The notes under the pieces are model-generated. The model was not told the DNA's origin. It saw only the letters and a list, made by a program, of their open reading frames with translations, and did not search any database. Of a stretch of 37,919 nucleotides of DNA, positions 1 to 8,567 are shown in pieces. Every line of letters starts with the position of its first letter. Within the stretch, counting starts at the first letter, position 1. The stretch is from assembly GCA_034190185.1 (NCBI GenBank), contig JAXHTB010000002.1:1-37919 (forward strand). Reading direction: 5' to 3'. The translations under genes were made by a program, and so were the position numbers. This DNA is from Spirochaetota bacterium. GTDB taxonomy: Bacteria > Spirochaetota > UBA4802 > JAFGDQ01.

Positions 1-240
1 CAGCAATGCTCTTCATAGCCTGAACTGTTTCAGCAACAGATTTTCCACCATCCTCTGCATCTACTGCAGCCTTTTCAGATATTGAGGCTGTTTCTTTGGC
101 ATTATCAGCGTTCTGAATAACTGAGCTGTTCATCTCTTCCATAGAGCTTGAGACCTGTTCAACGCTTGCGGACTGTTCGCTTGCGCTTTGCGCCATCTCC
201 TGTGCTCCTGAACTCATCTGCTCACTGCCAGAGGCTACTT
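1..240 (-). repeat. Paralogous block, roughly 90% nucleotide identity to 2900-3139 (signalling-domain N-terminal arm of the neighbouring MCP gene)
   Basis: Hand alignment of 1-240 against 2900-3139 shows about 4-7 mismatches per 60 nt and no indels. Confidence 0.85.
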
Positions 241-1783
241 GCCCGGATGCAGTTTGTGCATTTATAGCAAAATTTGTAAGATTTTCTATCATCATGTTGA
301 GATTATTCTTTATCTCGTTAAAATCACCATTATAGTTATCAGTGATCTTTTCTGGCAGGTCACCCTTGGATATACGATCCACATACTCAGCAGCAACGTT
401 CAAGGGGCCGATCACCGCGTCGAGCGTGTCATTCACGCCCTTAACGATAGCGGCGTAGTCGCCCTGATGCTTGCCCGCATCCGCGCGTGTGTCAAGCTTA
501 CCCTGTACCGCTGCATTAGATAGGATGTTAGCGTCAGCCACAAGCTCGCTTATTGCATCGATGCATTGATTCAGATTATTTTTAATCTCATTAAAGTCAC
601 CTTTGTAATCGTCAGTGATCTTTTCTGGCAAATCGCCCTTTGATATGCGATCCACATACTCAGCCGTTACGTTAAGCGGACCCATAAAAGCGTCAATAAG
701 TTCATTTGTCTGATCAATAATTCCCTTAAAATCAACACCCACACTTTCAGAATCTCCTCTGGAGTCGAGCTTGCCTTCTAAAACATTTTTAATTAGTTGA
801 TTAAATTGAATTAATATTTTTTGTATTCCCCCTGAAATGGTGCGGTTAATCAAAAATCCAATAGAAAAAGAGATCCCCAAAATAATTACTAAAAATATTA
901 TAAGAGTAGTTCTGGTAGAGTTGGTGTTGCTCTCCAGTTTCTTTTTAGCTATACTTCTCCCCTTTTCTGTAATATTCATAAATTCTCTTGCGCTAGCGAT
1001 CATAGACTCTTCTTTCTTTTTCTTTATAGAATTAAAATCATAATTTTTTGCAAAATTTTTCTCATACGCTTCAACAGCATTCCTCATTCGAGTCATTTGG
1101 TTTATATTTATCTTCCTCTTCATTTTGGCTTTTGTTGTTTCGATCTGTTTATATACACTATTTAGTATTTTTTTTAATTCTTCAGCATATTTTTCTTCAT
1201 GACGCATGATGAAGTTTTTTTCAGCTACCCGAATTTCCACAACATATTTTATAAGTCTGTTCGCATCGTCAGCCTTGTTTACCCGTTCTCTTGAAAAGTC
1301 CTTTAGCATCTGTTTTTTCTGATCTTCTCTTAAATCTAAAGACTGCTTTTCCATTTCCCTGGCTGCCTTTACTATCGCTTCTCGTGTTTCAATTATTCCT
1401 CTTTGAGCAGAGGAATATTCTTTAAAATAATTTAAATATTCATCACTAATTTTTGCGATCTGATCAACCAGATCTATATCCTCCTTTACTTTTAATAACG
1501 ATTTTGTTGATGAAATATTTTTATCAATCTTTAATTTCACCTCTTCCATCTGTTTTACATATTTTTCTTCCCCCCTGGCGATATAATTTTTTTCAATAAT
1601 TCTCAAATCTTTTCCTAGTTTTGCAAATCTGTTAAAATCATCACCAACTGTTACATATCTAATAATTGTTCCAATACTACTAATATTGAATATCCCTGAT
1701 ATAAACATCAATAGAACTATCGAACTTATTCCCAATACAAACTTTGTTACTAATTTCATCTCATTTAACTTATTTTTAATCAT
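1..1783 (-). CDS. Methyl-accepting chemotaxis protein, transmembrane; the C-terminal (3') part runs off the window start
   Basis: Absent from the ORF track because it is open at the edge. My reverse-strand translation from the ATG (rc of 1781-1783, AAGGAG 6 nt upstream) gives MIKNKLNEMKLVTKFVLGISSIVLLMFISG (TM1). This is followed by a ~260-aa helical sensor domain with duplicated EKN[YF]I.R.EEKY halves, then TM2 (TTLIIFLVIILGISFSIGFLI). Two HAMP-type repeat units follow ([34 protein letters not shown], about nt 269-778), then the start of the MCP signalling domain ([33 protein letters not shown]). Confidence 0.9.
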   Translation of the reverse strand, partial: MIKNKLNEMKLVTKFVLGISSIVLLMFISGIFNISSIGTIIRYVTVGDDFNRFAKLGKDLRIIEKNYIARGEEKYVKQMEEVKLKIDKNISSTKSLLKVKEDIDLVDQIAKISDEYLNYFKEYSSAQRGIIETREAIVKAAREMEKQSLDLREDQKKQMLKDFSRERVNKADDANRLIKYVVEIRVAEKNFIMRHEEKYAEELKKILNSVYKQIETTKAKMKRKININQMTRMRNAVEAYEKNFAKNYDFNSIKKKKEESMIASAREFMNITEKGRSIAKKKLESNTNSTRTTLIIFLVIILGISFSIGFLINRTISGGIQKILIQFNQLIKNVLEGKLDSRGDSESVGVDFKGIIDQTNELIDAFMGPLNVTAEYVDRISKGDLPEKITDDYKGDFNEIKNNLNQCIDAISELVADANILSNAAVQGKLDTRADAGKHQGDYAAIVKGVNDTLDAVIGPLNVAAEYVDRISKGDLPEKITDNYNGDFNEIKNNLNMMIENLTNFAINAQTASGQVASGSEQMSSGAQEMAQSASEQSASVEQVSSSMEEMNSSVIQNADNAKETASISEKAAVDAEDGGKSVAETVQAMKSIA

Positions 1784-2243
1784 TTTTAGCTCCTTAATGT
1801 TAAATTTTGAATTTATGACATTTATACTTTTACAATGTCAAGATAATTTTTTAGCACTGGCACGTAGTATAAATATTTTTGACGAGCCAATTAGTAACAT
1901 TACTAAATAATTCTGTTTGCAACATTGGATATAACGCTTTAGTGAGAAATGATTATTATAATTAATTTGCATATACGATTTGATTGTTAAATGATTTCGA
2001 TAATACACCTCCATTTTTTAAATTTTTTTTGAACAAAACAGCCTCCGCAAAGAAATGAGAAATTTTTACAGCAGAGGGAGAAGATCGCTAAGATGAATTA
2101 TGGTCTATCTATCATTGATAATACAGCAGATAGGAATTAGATAACCTTGTATAATTACGACTTTTATTTGCTACAATGTCAACAGACGCAAATAGTTTTT
2201 TCTTTGCGATCTCTATGCCTCTACGGTGAACTATTAATTATTA

Positions 2244-5200
2244 TTAATACCGCTCAAACTCGCTGTCTTCGATTGTGTTCATATCAATCGAGACGCCGGT
2301 TTTCTCTCTCGAAGCTAATCCTATGCCAATTTTCGAGTGTGCATCAACGGTATCATTTTTTTTATTTGACGCTGACGATTCTTGAAAGGTTTTCGATAAA
2401 GATTTGTTGCGTAACTGAACATGCTCTGCCTGCCCTGTATGAATATTAGTATTATCCACCTTGAAAAACCCTGCCACCTCCTGAAGCTGCACAGCTTGGC
2501 TTGACAGCTCCTCGCTTGTTGACGCCATCTCTTCTGTAGATGAGGCATTTTGTTGAATTGCTTTATTTAACTGTTCAATAGCCTCTGTAACCTGCTGAAT
2601 GCCGTTTGCCTGCTCAGAGCTTGAGGCATTTATCTCTTGCACTAGCTCCGCGGTCTTTTGTATCTGGGGCACTATGTTCTCTATTAGTTTACCCGCCTTT
2701 TCAGCGATCTCCACGCTGCTGCTTGAGAGGTCGCTTATCTCCTTGGCAGCAGTTGAACTTCTTTCAGCAAGATTACGTACCTCAGAAGCCACTACTGCAA
2801 AACCCTTGCCATGCTCCCCAGCCCGGGCCGCCTCTATTGCAGCGTTAAGCGCAAGCATATTGGTCTGGGATGCTATGCCTTCGATCACGCTGATCTTCTC
2901 AGCAATACTCTTCATGGCCTGGACTGTTTCAGCAACAGATTTTCCGCCATCCTCTGCATCTACTGCAGCCTTTTCAGATATTGAAGCCGTCTCTCTAGCA
3001 TTATCAGCATTCTGGATAACAGAGCTGTTCATCTCCTCCATAGAACTTGAGACCTGCTCTACGCTTGCTGACTGTTCGCTTGCGCTCTGCGCCATCTCCT
3101 GTGCTCCTGAACTCATCTGCTCACTTCCAGATGCAACCTGAGTAGATGCATTTAGCACATCAGCAGCTATCCTGGTAAGGTCCTCAACCATTTTGTCTAG
3201 AGCAATCATTAACTCATCCTGAGAAGAACGCCTTTCAATATTTACAAGAAGATTGCCTGTAGCAATTTCTTGAGCAATATCTACCACTTTATTCATTGCA
3301 TCAATAAGCTGATTTAGGTTGTTCTTGATCTCATTAAAATCTCCCTTGTATTCGTCCGTTATCTTTTCAGGCATATCCCCTTTTGATATCCTATCAATAT
3401 ATTCAGCAGCAACGTTCAAAGGAGCTATAACATTATCAAGTGTATCATTAACTCCTTGAACAATTGTTCGATAATTTCCTTCAAATAGGTTCACATCTGC
3501 TCTGATGTCAAGTGTGCCTTCTTTAGCTGCATTAACAAGATTCATTACTCCATCAGTGACCTCCATCTCTTTGCTTATATCCAAAGCATACTCCAATGCG
3601 CCGATTATGTTGCCATCATTATCTTTTAAAGGCGCTCCAGAATATCGGATCGGCAGGTTGCCAGTTGGAAGCTTTGCTATAGTATCGCTTGTAAAGACAT
3701 CGTTCTGCTGCATTGCCTTTGCTACCTGACAGTCCTGAGTGTTACAATGATCTGTATTAAAAAGTCTGTAACACTTCTCACCAATACAACCTTCAGGCAT
3801 TTTACCCACAGCATTTGCCCCTGCTGGATTCATGAACTGGATATTGAAATCTCTATCCACAACCATAACAGGTGTTGGTATTTTATTCAGGAATTCAACC
3901 TTTGCATTTGCATCATCCATTGCGTTCATCACTTCTGTCTGATCCATGACGATCTCAAGAGCTCCAATTATTTTGCTGTTTTGATCTCTTACAGGAACAC
4001 CTGTGTATGATATAAAAAGATTATTGCCACCAGGATGAGCATCTGTCTCACTTGTCTCTAAATGCCCGCTCTTCATAGCCATGGCGCAAGCACATCTATC
4101 TGTACGGCAGTCAGATGTCTTAAAATGATCATAGCATTTCTCACCGATTAGCTGATCTTGAGACAATCCGATTACGCCTGCACCTGCTTTGCTTATAAAA
4201 CGAATATCAAAGTCTTTATCAATGATCATCGTTGGCGTTGGTATTGCATCAATGTGACCCACAATAGTATCAATGGTATGGTTTATACCATCGATAATAT
4301 TTGCAAATTCGCCCTGGTGCTTCCCTGCATCTGCGCGTGTGTTGAGCCTGCCCTCAATAGCAGAATTAGCCAGCATACCGGCATCATCAACCAGTGCGTT
4401 TATAGCATCCATGCACATATTCAAATTATTCTTAATCTCATTAAAGTCACCCTTATAATCGTCTACGATCCTTTCTGGAATGTCTCCCTTTGATATGCGG
4501 TCAATATACTCAGCAGCAACGTTTAAGGGGCTGATAACTGCATCGAGGGTATTATTCACACCCTTAACAATAGCGGCGTAGTCACCCTGGTGCTTGCTTG
4601 CATCTGCGCGTGTGTCAAGTTTGCCCTCTACCGCTGCCTTCGTCAGCATACCTGCGTCAGACACAAGCTCGCTTATTGCATCGATGCACATGTTTAGATT
4701 GTTTTTTATCTCGTTAAAATCGCCATTATACTCATCTGTGATTTTTTCAGGCAAGTCTCCCTTTGATATTCTGTCAATATACTCAGCTGCAACATTTAAC
4801 GGGGCTATTATGGCATCTAATGCATCATTTATGCCCTGCACTATACGTTGATAATTGCCTTCAAACCTGCCTGCATCAGCACGCGCATCCAGCTTGCCTT
4901 CCAGAGCCGAATTCACAAGATTTAGTACACTCTCCGTAACCTCCATCTCTTTGGTAATATCCAGAACAAACTCTATAGCGCCGGTGATGTTGCCCTCTGC
5001 ATCTTTTATAGGCGTTGCTGTGTATCGAATTGGAACATTACCTGATGACAGTCTTGCTGTTGTATCGCTTGTAAACACACCATCCAGTTGCATTGCCTTT
5101 GCCACCTGACAGTTTTGAGTGTTGCAATGCTCAGTATTAAATAGACTGAAACACTTCTGTCCGATGCATGCATCCTGTGACCTGCCCACTGCCTGAGCGC

Positions 5201-5375
5201 CGACTTTATTAATATAAGTAACATTAAACTCTCTATCGACACCCATGATTGTTGTTGGAACAATGTCGAGCATTGCTGCTTTTGCCTCGCATTGTTCAAG
5301 GGCTGACTTTAACTCTATCCTACTTCCGTTAGATCCCTCTAAATTATCACTTTTCTTTTTTGATTTCCATCTCAT
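2244..5375 (-). CDS. Soluble (no TM segment seen) methyl-accepting chemotaxis protein with three Cys-rich PAS modules and tandem HAMP-type repeats
   Basis: 1043-aa ORF with GGAGG 7 nt upstream of the ATG. It has the canonical MCP hairpin core [42 protein letters not shown]. Three PAS-like modules lie at aa ~35-150, ~376-483 and ~496-612. HAMP-like units have the form EG.LD.RAD....G.Y..IV.G.N..LD....[32 protein letters not shown]. Confidence 0.93.
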   Translation of the reverse strand: MRWKSKKKSDNLEGSNGSRIELKSALEQCEAKAAMLDIVPTTIMGVDREFNVTYINKVGAQAVGRSQDACIGQKCFSLFNTEHCNTQNCQVAKAMQLDGVFTSDTTARLSSGNVPIRYTATPIKDAEGNITGAIEFVLDITKEMEVTESVLNLVNSALEGKLDARADAGRFEGNYQRIVQGINDALDAIIAPLNVAAEYIDRISKGDLPEKITDEYNGDFNEIKNNLNMCIDAISELVSDAGMLTKAAVEGKLDTRADASKHQGDYAAIVKGVNNTLDAVISPLNVAAEYIDRISKGDIPERIVDDYKGDFNEIKNNLNMCMDAINALVDDAGMLANSAIEGRLNTRADAGKHQGEFANIIDGINHTIDTIVGHIDAIPTPTMIIDKDFDIRFISKAGAGVIGLSQDQLIGEKCYDHFKTSDCRTDRCACAMAMKSGHLETSETDAHPGGNNLFISYTGVPVRDQNSKIIGALEIVMDQTEVMNAMDDANAKVEFLNKIPTPVMVVDRDFNIQFMNPAGANAVGKMPEGCIGEKCYRLFNTDHCNTQDCQVAKAMQQNDVFTSDTIAKLPTGNLPIRYSGAPLKDNDGNIIGALEYALDISKEMEVTDGVMNLVNAAKEGTLDIRADVNLFEGNYRTIVQGVNDTLDNVIAPLNVAAEYIDRISKGDMPEKITDEYKGDFNEIKNNLNQLIDAMNKVVDIAQEIATGNLLVNIERRSSQDELMIALDKMVEDLTRIAADVLNASTQVASGSEQMSSGAQEMAQSASEQSASVEQVSSSMEEMNSSVIQNADNARETASISEKAAVDAEDGGKSVAETVQAMKSIAEKISVIEGIASQTNMLALNAAIEAARAGEHGKGFAVVASEVRNLAERSSTAAKEISDLSSSSVEIAEKAGKLIENIVPQIQKTAELVQEINASSSEQANGIQQVTEAIEQLNKAIQQNASSTEEMASTSEELSSQAVQLQEVAGFFKVDNTNIHTGQAEHVQLRNKSLSKTFQESSASNKKNDTVDAHSKIGIGLASREKTGVSIDMNTIEDSEFERY
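2900..3139 (-). repeat. Counterpart of the 1-240 paralogous block
   Basis: See feature 1-240. Confidence 0.85.
4251..4904 (-). repeat. In-frame tandem repeat inside the MCP gene, period 273 nt (91 aa): two full units plus a partial third; a fourth dispersed copy lies at about 3276-3524
   Basis: Protein units aa 158-248 and 249-339 are near-identical in pattern (EGKLD.RADA....[54 protein letters not shown]...A.). Unit three (aa 340-375) breaks off into PAS2. Confidence 0.85.
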
Positions 5376-5411
5376 AATAAACCTCCAATTTTAAATATAA
5401 AATTTAATTCA

Positions 5412-5714
5412 TCATATATTTGATAATATTTCTGCGCATACGGCCATTACGCTCAATGGGCCAAGACCTTTATCCAGCATCTCATTTAAATACTGAAGAT
5501 GTTTTATGTTTTCACCGCATATGCCGTTTAAATCGATCCGCACATCAAGACGACCGGCCCTTATCGCTTCTAAAAGATTTTCAACTTCCCTAAGCATGCG
5601 CCTATTCGCTGATGAGATAACCTCATAATGCTTCTCTAACAATGGATTAATTGCTGTCTCATCTTCCTTATTTTCTAAACTTTTAAAAACAATATTCTCT
5701 GCAATGTTACTCAT
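5412..5714 (-). CDS. Small hypothetical protein resembling a stand-alone copy of the first half of the MCP repeat unit
   Basis: 100-aa ORF with GAGGGT upstream of the ATG. AIRAGRLDVRIDLNGICGENIKHLQYLNEMLDKGLGPLSVMA parallels A.EGKLD.RADA....G.Y..IV.G.N..LD....PLNVAA of the flanking MCPs. It lies between the MBL and MCP genes on the same strand. Confidence 0.5.
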   Translation of the reverse strand: MSNIAENIVFKSLENKEDETAINPLLEKHYEVISSANRRMLREVENLLEAIRAGRLDVRIDLNGICGENIKHLQYLNEMLDKGLGPLSVMAVCAEILSNI

Positions 5715-5748
5715 TTATTTACCCTCATATTCACCGGCTCGAAATCGG

Positions 5749-6357
5749 TTATAAAAATCGATAATCCAATATCTTCCTAATATTTTTTAAGCCTTCTTGT
5801 ATTTGCAAATTACACGTCATTAACATTGGCGCTCCATGTCCAAAATAGATCGAGCTTATATCCCTGTGGCAAAGCTTTTCTAGAACCATAACAAAGGCAT
5901 CCTCATGCAATCCGTTAGTTGATCGTATTATTACAGGCGTATCTCCAGCAAATAGAACACCATCCTCCTCACAGTATAGACAGATTGAATCACTGCTGTG
6001 TCCCGGAGAGTGTATTGCTTCAAATGATCTGTCACCTAATTTCAAGATGTCTCCATCTTTGATAGAGCAGTCAACACCTTTCAATGATCTTGAAAATGCA
6101 CGCACCACAGGTTTGAAAATTCTTTTGATTTGAGGGAGCATACTCGCATGATCATAATGGTTGTGAGTAAGGATCACCTGCTCCACTCTCTGTTTACCAA
6201 CACCTGTTGAAGAGTTGTTTATCTTATCTATCACATCCGGGTCTCTCCCCACATCTATTAGAGTATTTACATCAGATATGGCATTCCATGTTCCAGTAAT
6301 AAGATAGACATTTGATGTGTATATTGTGCTGTTCTCTGTTAGATTTTGAATTTTCAT
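5749..6357 (-). CDS. MBL-fold metallo-hydrolase
   Basis: HxHxDH motif (LTHNHYDHASM), followed by SPGHSSDS, FAGDTP and FGHG. The size of 202 aa is typical. GGTGGG lies upstream of the ATG. Confidence 0.85.
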   Translation of the reverse strand: MKIQNLTENSTIYTSNVYLITGTWNAISDVNTLIDVGRDPDVIDKINNSSTGVGKQRVEQVILTHNHYDHASMLPQIKRIFKPVVRAFSRSLKGVDCSIKDGDILKLGDRSFEAIHSPGHSSDSICLYCEEDGVLFAGDTPVIIRSTNGLHEDAFVMVLEKLCHRDISSIYFGHGAPMLMTCNLQIQEGLKNIRKILDYRFL

Positions 6358-6381
6358 AATAAACCCACCATCGATGTTATG

Positions 6382-6409
6382 GTAGAGGCGAACGGTCGTT
6401 CGCCTCTAC
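6382..6409 (-). other. GC-rich perfect palindrome/hairpin between the cheR-like and MBL genes
   Basis: gtagaggcgaacg gt cgttcgcctctac gives 11-13 bp of perfect pairing. It stands out in otherwise AT-rich DNA. No clear U-run follows on the coding (minus) strand, so it looks more like an intercistronic processing or stability element than a classic terminator. Confidence 0.5.
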
Positions 6410-6441
6410 AGGTTGATTTTGCCTTTCACATCCCTACAGAC

Positions 6442-7047
6442 TTATCCCACCTTTCTGAACAGTTGAGCATTAGAAACAGCAGGTTCGAACATATCCTGTA
6501 CACAATCCGGCATCTTTTGAGTCTGTTCAGTCACAAAGAAACCACCTTCCATTAATGCACTGTGAAACATTTTTATTACTGTAATTCTTTCCTCTAGTTT
6601 AAAATGAAGAAGCACATTTTTGCAGACTATCAGGCTTAAATCTTTGCGTATCGGCTCTAATGACAGAAGGTCGTGCTTTTTGTAATTAACTGCCTTTCTA
6701 ATCTCTTCGGATACCTGAAAATTATTCGGAGTATCCGCATTTGAAAAATATCTTCTAAAGATATCCTTTGGTATCCTCTTGACCTGTTCGTCGGGATATA
6801 TTCCGTGTTTAATTATTTTTTCAAAGAGATTGCTGCTGTCGATATCGGTTGCATAAATCCTGACATTGCGAAAGATCATCTTGCCCATATTTTCACGGAA
6901 CATAATGGCAAGAGAGTATGGCTCTGGTCCCATTGCGCAACCTGCATCCCATATGTTTATGTACCTGCGCGTTCTTAATGAAGGTATCACATAATCACGG
7001 ATTATTTCCAGTGTCTGCATGTCCCTGAAGAAATAGGTAAAGGCCAT
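6442..7047 (-). CDS. CheR-type SAM-dependent protein-glutamate methyltransferase, catalytic domain only
   Basis: The ORF starts directly at the conserved T.FFRD motif (MAFTYFFRD). It then has IWDAGCAMGPEPYSLAI, IYATDID and LIVCKNVLLHF. At 201 aa there is no room for the usual N-terminal helical domain. Confidence 0.85.
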   Translation of the reverse strand: MAFTYFFRDMQTLEIIRDYVIPSLRTRRYINIWDAGCAMGPEPYSLAIMFRENMGKMIFRNVRIYATDIDSSNLFEKIIKHGIYPDEQVKRIPKDIFRRYFSNADTPNNFQVSEEIRKAVNYKKHDLLSLEPIRKDLSLIVCKNVLLHFKLEERITVIKMFHSALMEGGFFVTEQTQKMPDCVQDMFEPAVSNAQLFRKVG

Positions 7048-7343
7048 CTATATTCCTGCGATTTTAGAAACTCTTGGTAAATGCATATTATCAATATGAT
7101 TTTATTTAAATACCCTTTAATAATCAATAACTGAAAAATATGATTTACTTATGACAGAATCTGTTATATAATATAAACGAATTTGTTACTTGAATAATAA
7201 TAAGCATGTACTTCCCTGATTATTCAGGTATTATCTGTTTCTGTAATTCATTGTTAAAAACATTGAACAGATATTGGTATAAGAGTAGTTTCAAGGATAA
7301 AATATAAATTGGATAAAAATAATATTTATTTTTAAAAACTAAC

Positions 7344-8012
7344 ATGAGTGCAAAGAATAATATAAAAAAAATACTCATAGTAGATGATTTCCCAATAATC
7401 AGATTTGGTCTTAAGAAGTTAATAGAAAAAGAAAAGGATATAAAAATTTGCGGAGATACCGCAAGCGTGAACGAAGCTGTAAATCTTATAACAAATCTTG
7501 AACCTGATTTGATAATTTTGGACATGCTTCTTGAAGGGAGTGTAAGTGGAATAAATCTGCTAAGAGCGATCAAAAATAGATTCCCTTTTTTGTTTTCCCT
7601 TGTATTCTCAGTATATGACGAACCGATATATGCGGAGCATGCTATAAAGGCCGGAGCCAAAGGATATATAACTAAGAAAGAATCAGACATGGTAGTAATT
7701 GAAGCAATACGCAAGGTAATGAATGGAGAATTATATTTAAGCAACAATATATCTTTAAAGATCGTTGGAAAGTTGCTGGGCTGCACAGACGGAAATAGCA
7801 TAACCCTTGAAAATAGATTAAGCGAGCGGGAATTTGAAATATTTCATATTATAGGAAGCGGATTAGGAACCAAGGAAATCGCTAGAAAACTGAACCTAAG
7901 CGTCAATACAATCGAATCTCATAAAAGGCATATTAAACAAAAATTGAATATTAAAGATTCAAATAATCTGATGAAACATGCGGTTCAGTGGATGCATACT
8001 CAAAATAAATAA
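7344..8012 (+). CDS. NarL/LuxR-family response regulator (REC plus LuxR-type HTH)
   Basis: The receiver domain shows ILIVDDFP, the phospho-acceptor context DLIILDM, and KGYITK. The C-terminal part is LSEREFEIFHIIGSGLGTKEIARKLNLSVNTIESHKRHIKQKL. No kinase gene is adjacent. Confidence 0.92.
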   Translation: MSAKNNIKKILIVDDFPIIRFGLKKLIEKEKDIKICGDTASVNEAVNLITNLEPDLIILDMLLEGSVSGINLLRAIKNRFPFLFSLVFSVYDEPIYAEHAIKAGAKGYITKKESDMVVIEAIRKVMNGELYLSNNISLKIVGKLLGCTDGNSITLENRLSEREFEIFHIIGSGLGTKEIARKLNLSVNTIESHKRHIKQKLNIKDSNNLMKHAVQWMHTQNK

Positions 8013-8253
8013 TCTATAAAGCAGGATGTATATTCTATTTTGAAGTACCATTCTAACCATCCCTTCTTAATAATGGTAAATTATATAAAAAATTGTATGC
8101 TTGATCAGCCTCCTCACAAAAAATTCGATTAAGACTTCAAAATTGTATTCTCTTTTTATCATTTCTTCAAATAACTTTAGTCGCAAAGGCACGGATTTTG
8201 TATAATCCATACCATCCCATACCATGAATTATTTAAAGATATAAAAGAGAGAC

Positions 8254-8282
8254 TTGACATAATAACAGTATTATTTTATACA
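8254..8282 (+). promoter_or_regulatory. Candidate sigma70-type promoter (TTGACA-N17-TATACA)
   Basis: Perfect -35 hexamer at 8254-8259, a 17-nt spacer and TATACA at 8277-8282, about 290 nt upstream of the first cluster gene. AT-rich DNA produces such matches by chance. Confidence 0.3.
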
Positions 8283-8358
8283 AAAACAGCATGTAATTAC
8301 AATACTGTATGATAGGAGATAGTAGCAATGAATGAACTGTTGCTATTATATTTTCTGT

Positions 8359-8380
8359 TAACTAGTTATTTTACTAGTAA
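8359..8380. promoter_or_regulatory. Two adjacent 10-bp perfect palindromes sharing an ACTAGT core (TAACTAGTTA, TTACTAGTAA)
   Basis: The palindromes are at 8359-8368 and 8371-8380, with centres 12 bp apart. They lie in the 555-nt gap between the LuxR-type regulator and the phosphonate cluster. Confidence 0.35.
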
Positions 8381-8567
8381 TGATTATAAAATTATTAAGT
8401 TTTATCATTATGGCACTATAACAATACCTAATTAAGACTATATTTTACATTTCTTTTTTGGTAATAATTCCCTTTAAATGGTTTAAAACTGTATCGATAT
8501 ATCGAATGTCGATTTTTTTAAGAACGCTATTTCTTGGTCATATTTTTTAGTTATAAGGTGATTCTTT

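Noticed and set aside
4251-4904. Regularly spaced repeats that could suggest a CRISPR-like or satellite array
   Set aside because: The period is 273 nt, the repeats are in frame, and they encode HAMP-type protein modules of an intact gene. There are no short direct repeats with unique spacers anywhere in the window.
2599-5109. Numerous + strand ORFs (2599-3141, 2606-2848, 3505-3729, 3747-4010, 4158-4493, 4273-4458, 4594-4851, 4855-5109), and the - strand 2321-2548 and 5006-5299, overlapping the large MCP gene
   Set aside because: They are antisense or out-of-frame shadows of a confidently identified 1043-aa MCP. Their products are low-complexity (Ala/Ser/Leu-rich) with no recognisable motifs. 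The same applies to 239-523 and 837-1043, which lie inside the partial MCP gene.
7220-7801. 193-aa minus-strand ORF overlapping the response-regulator gene
   Set aside because: The opposite-strand ORF has a complete REC plus LuxR-HTH signature. This one is a low-complexity Phe/Ile/Leu/Ser-rich translation of AT-rich DNA.
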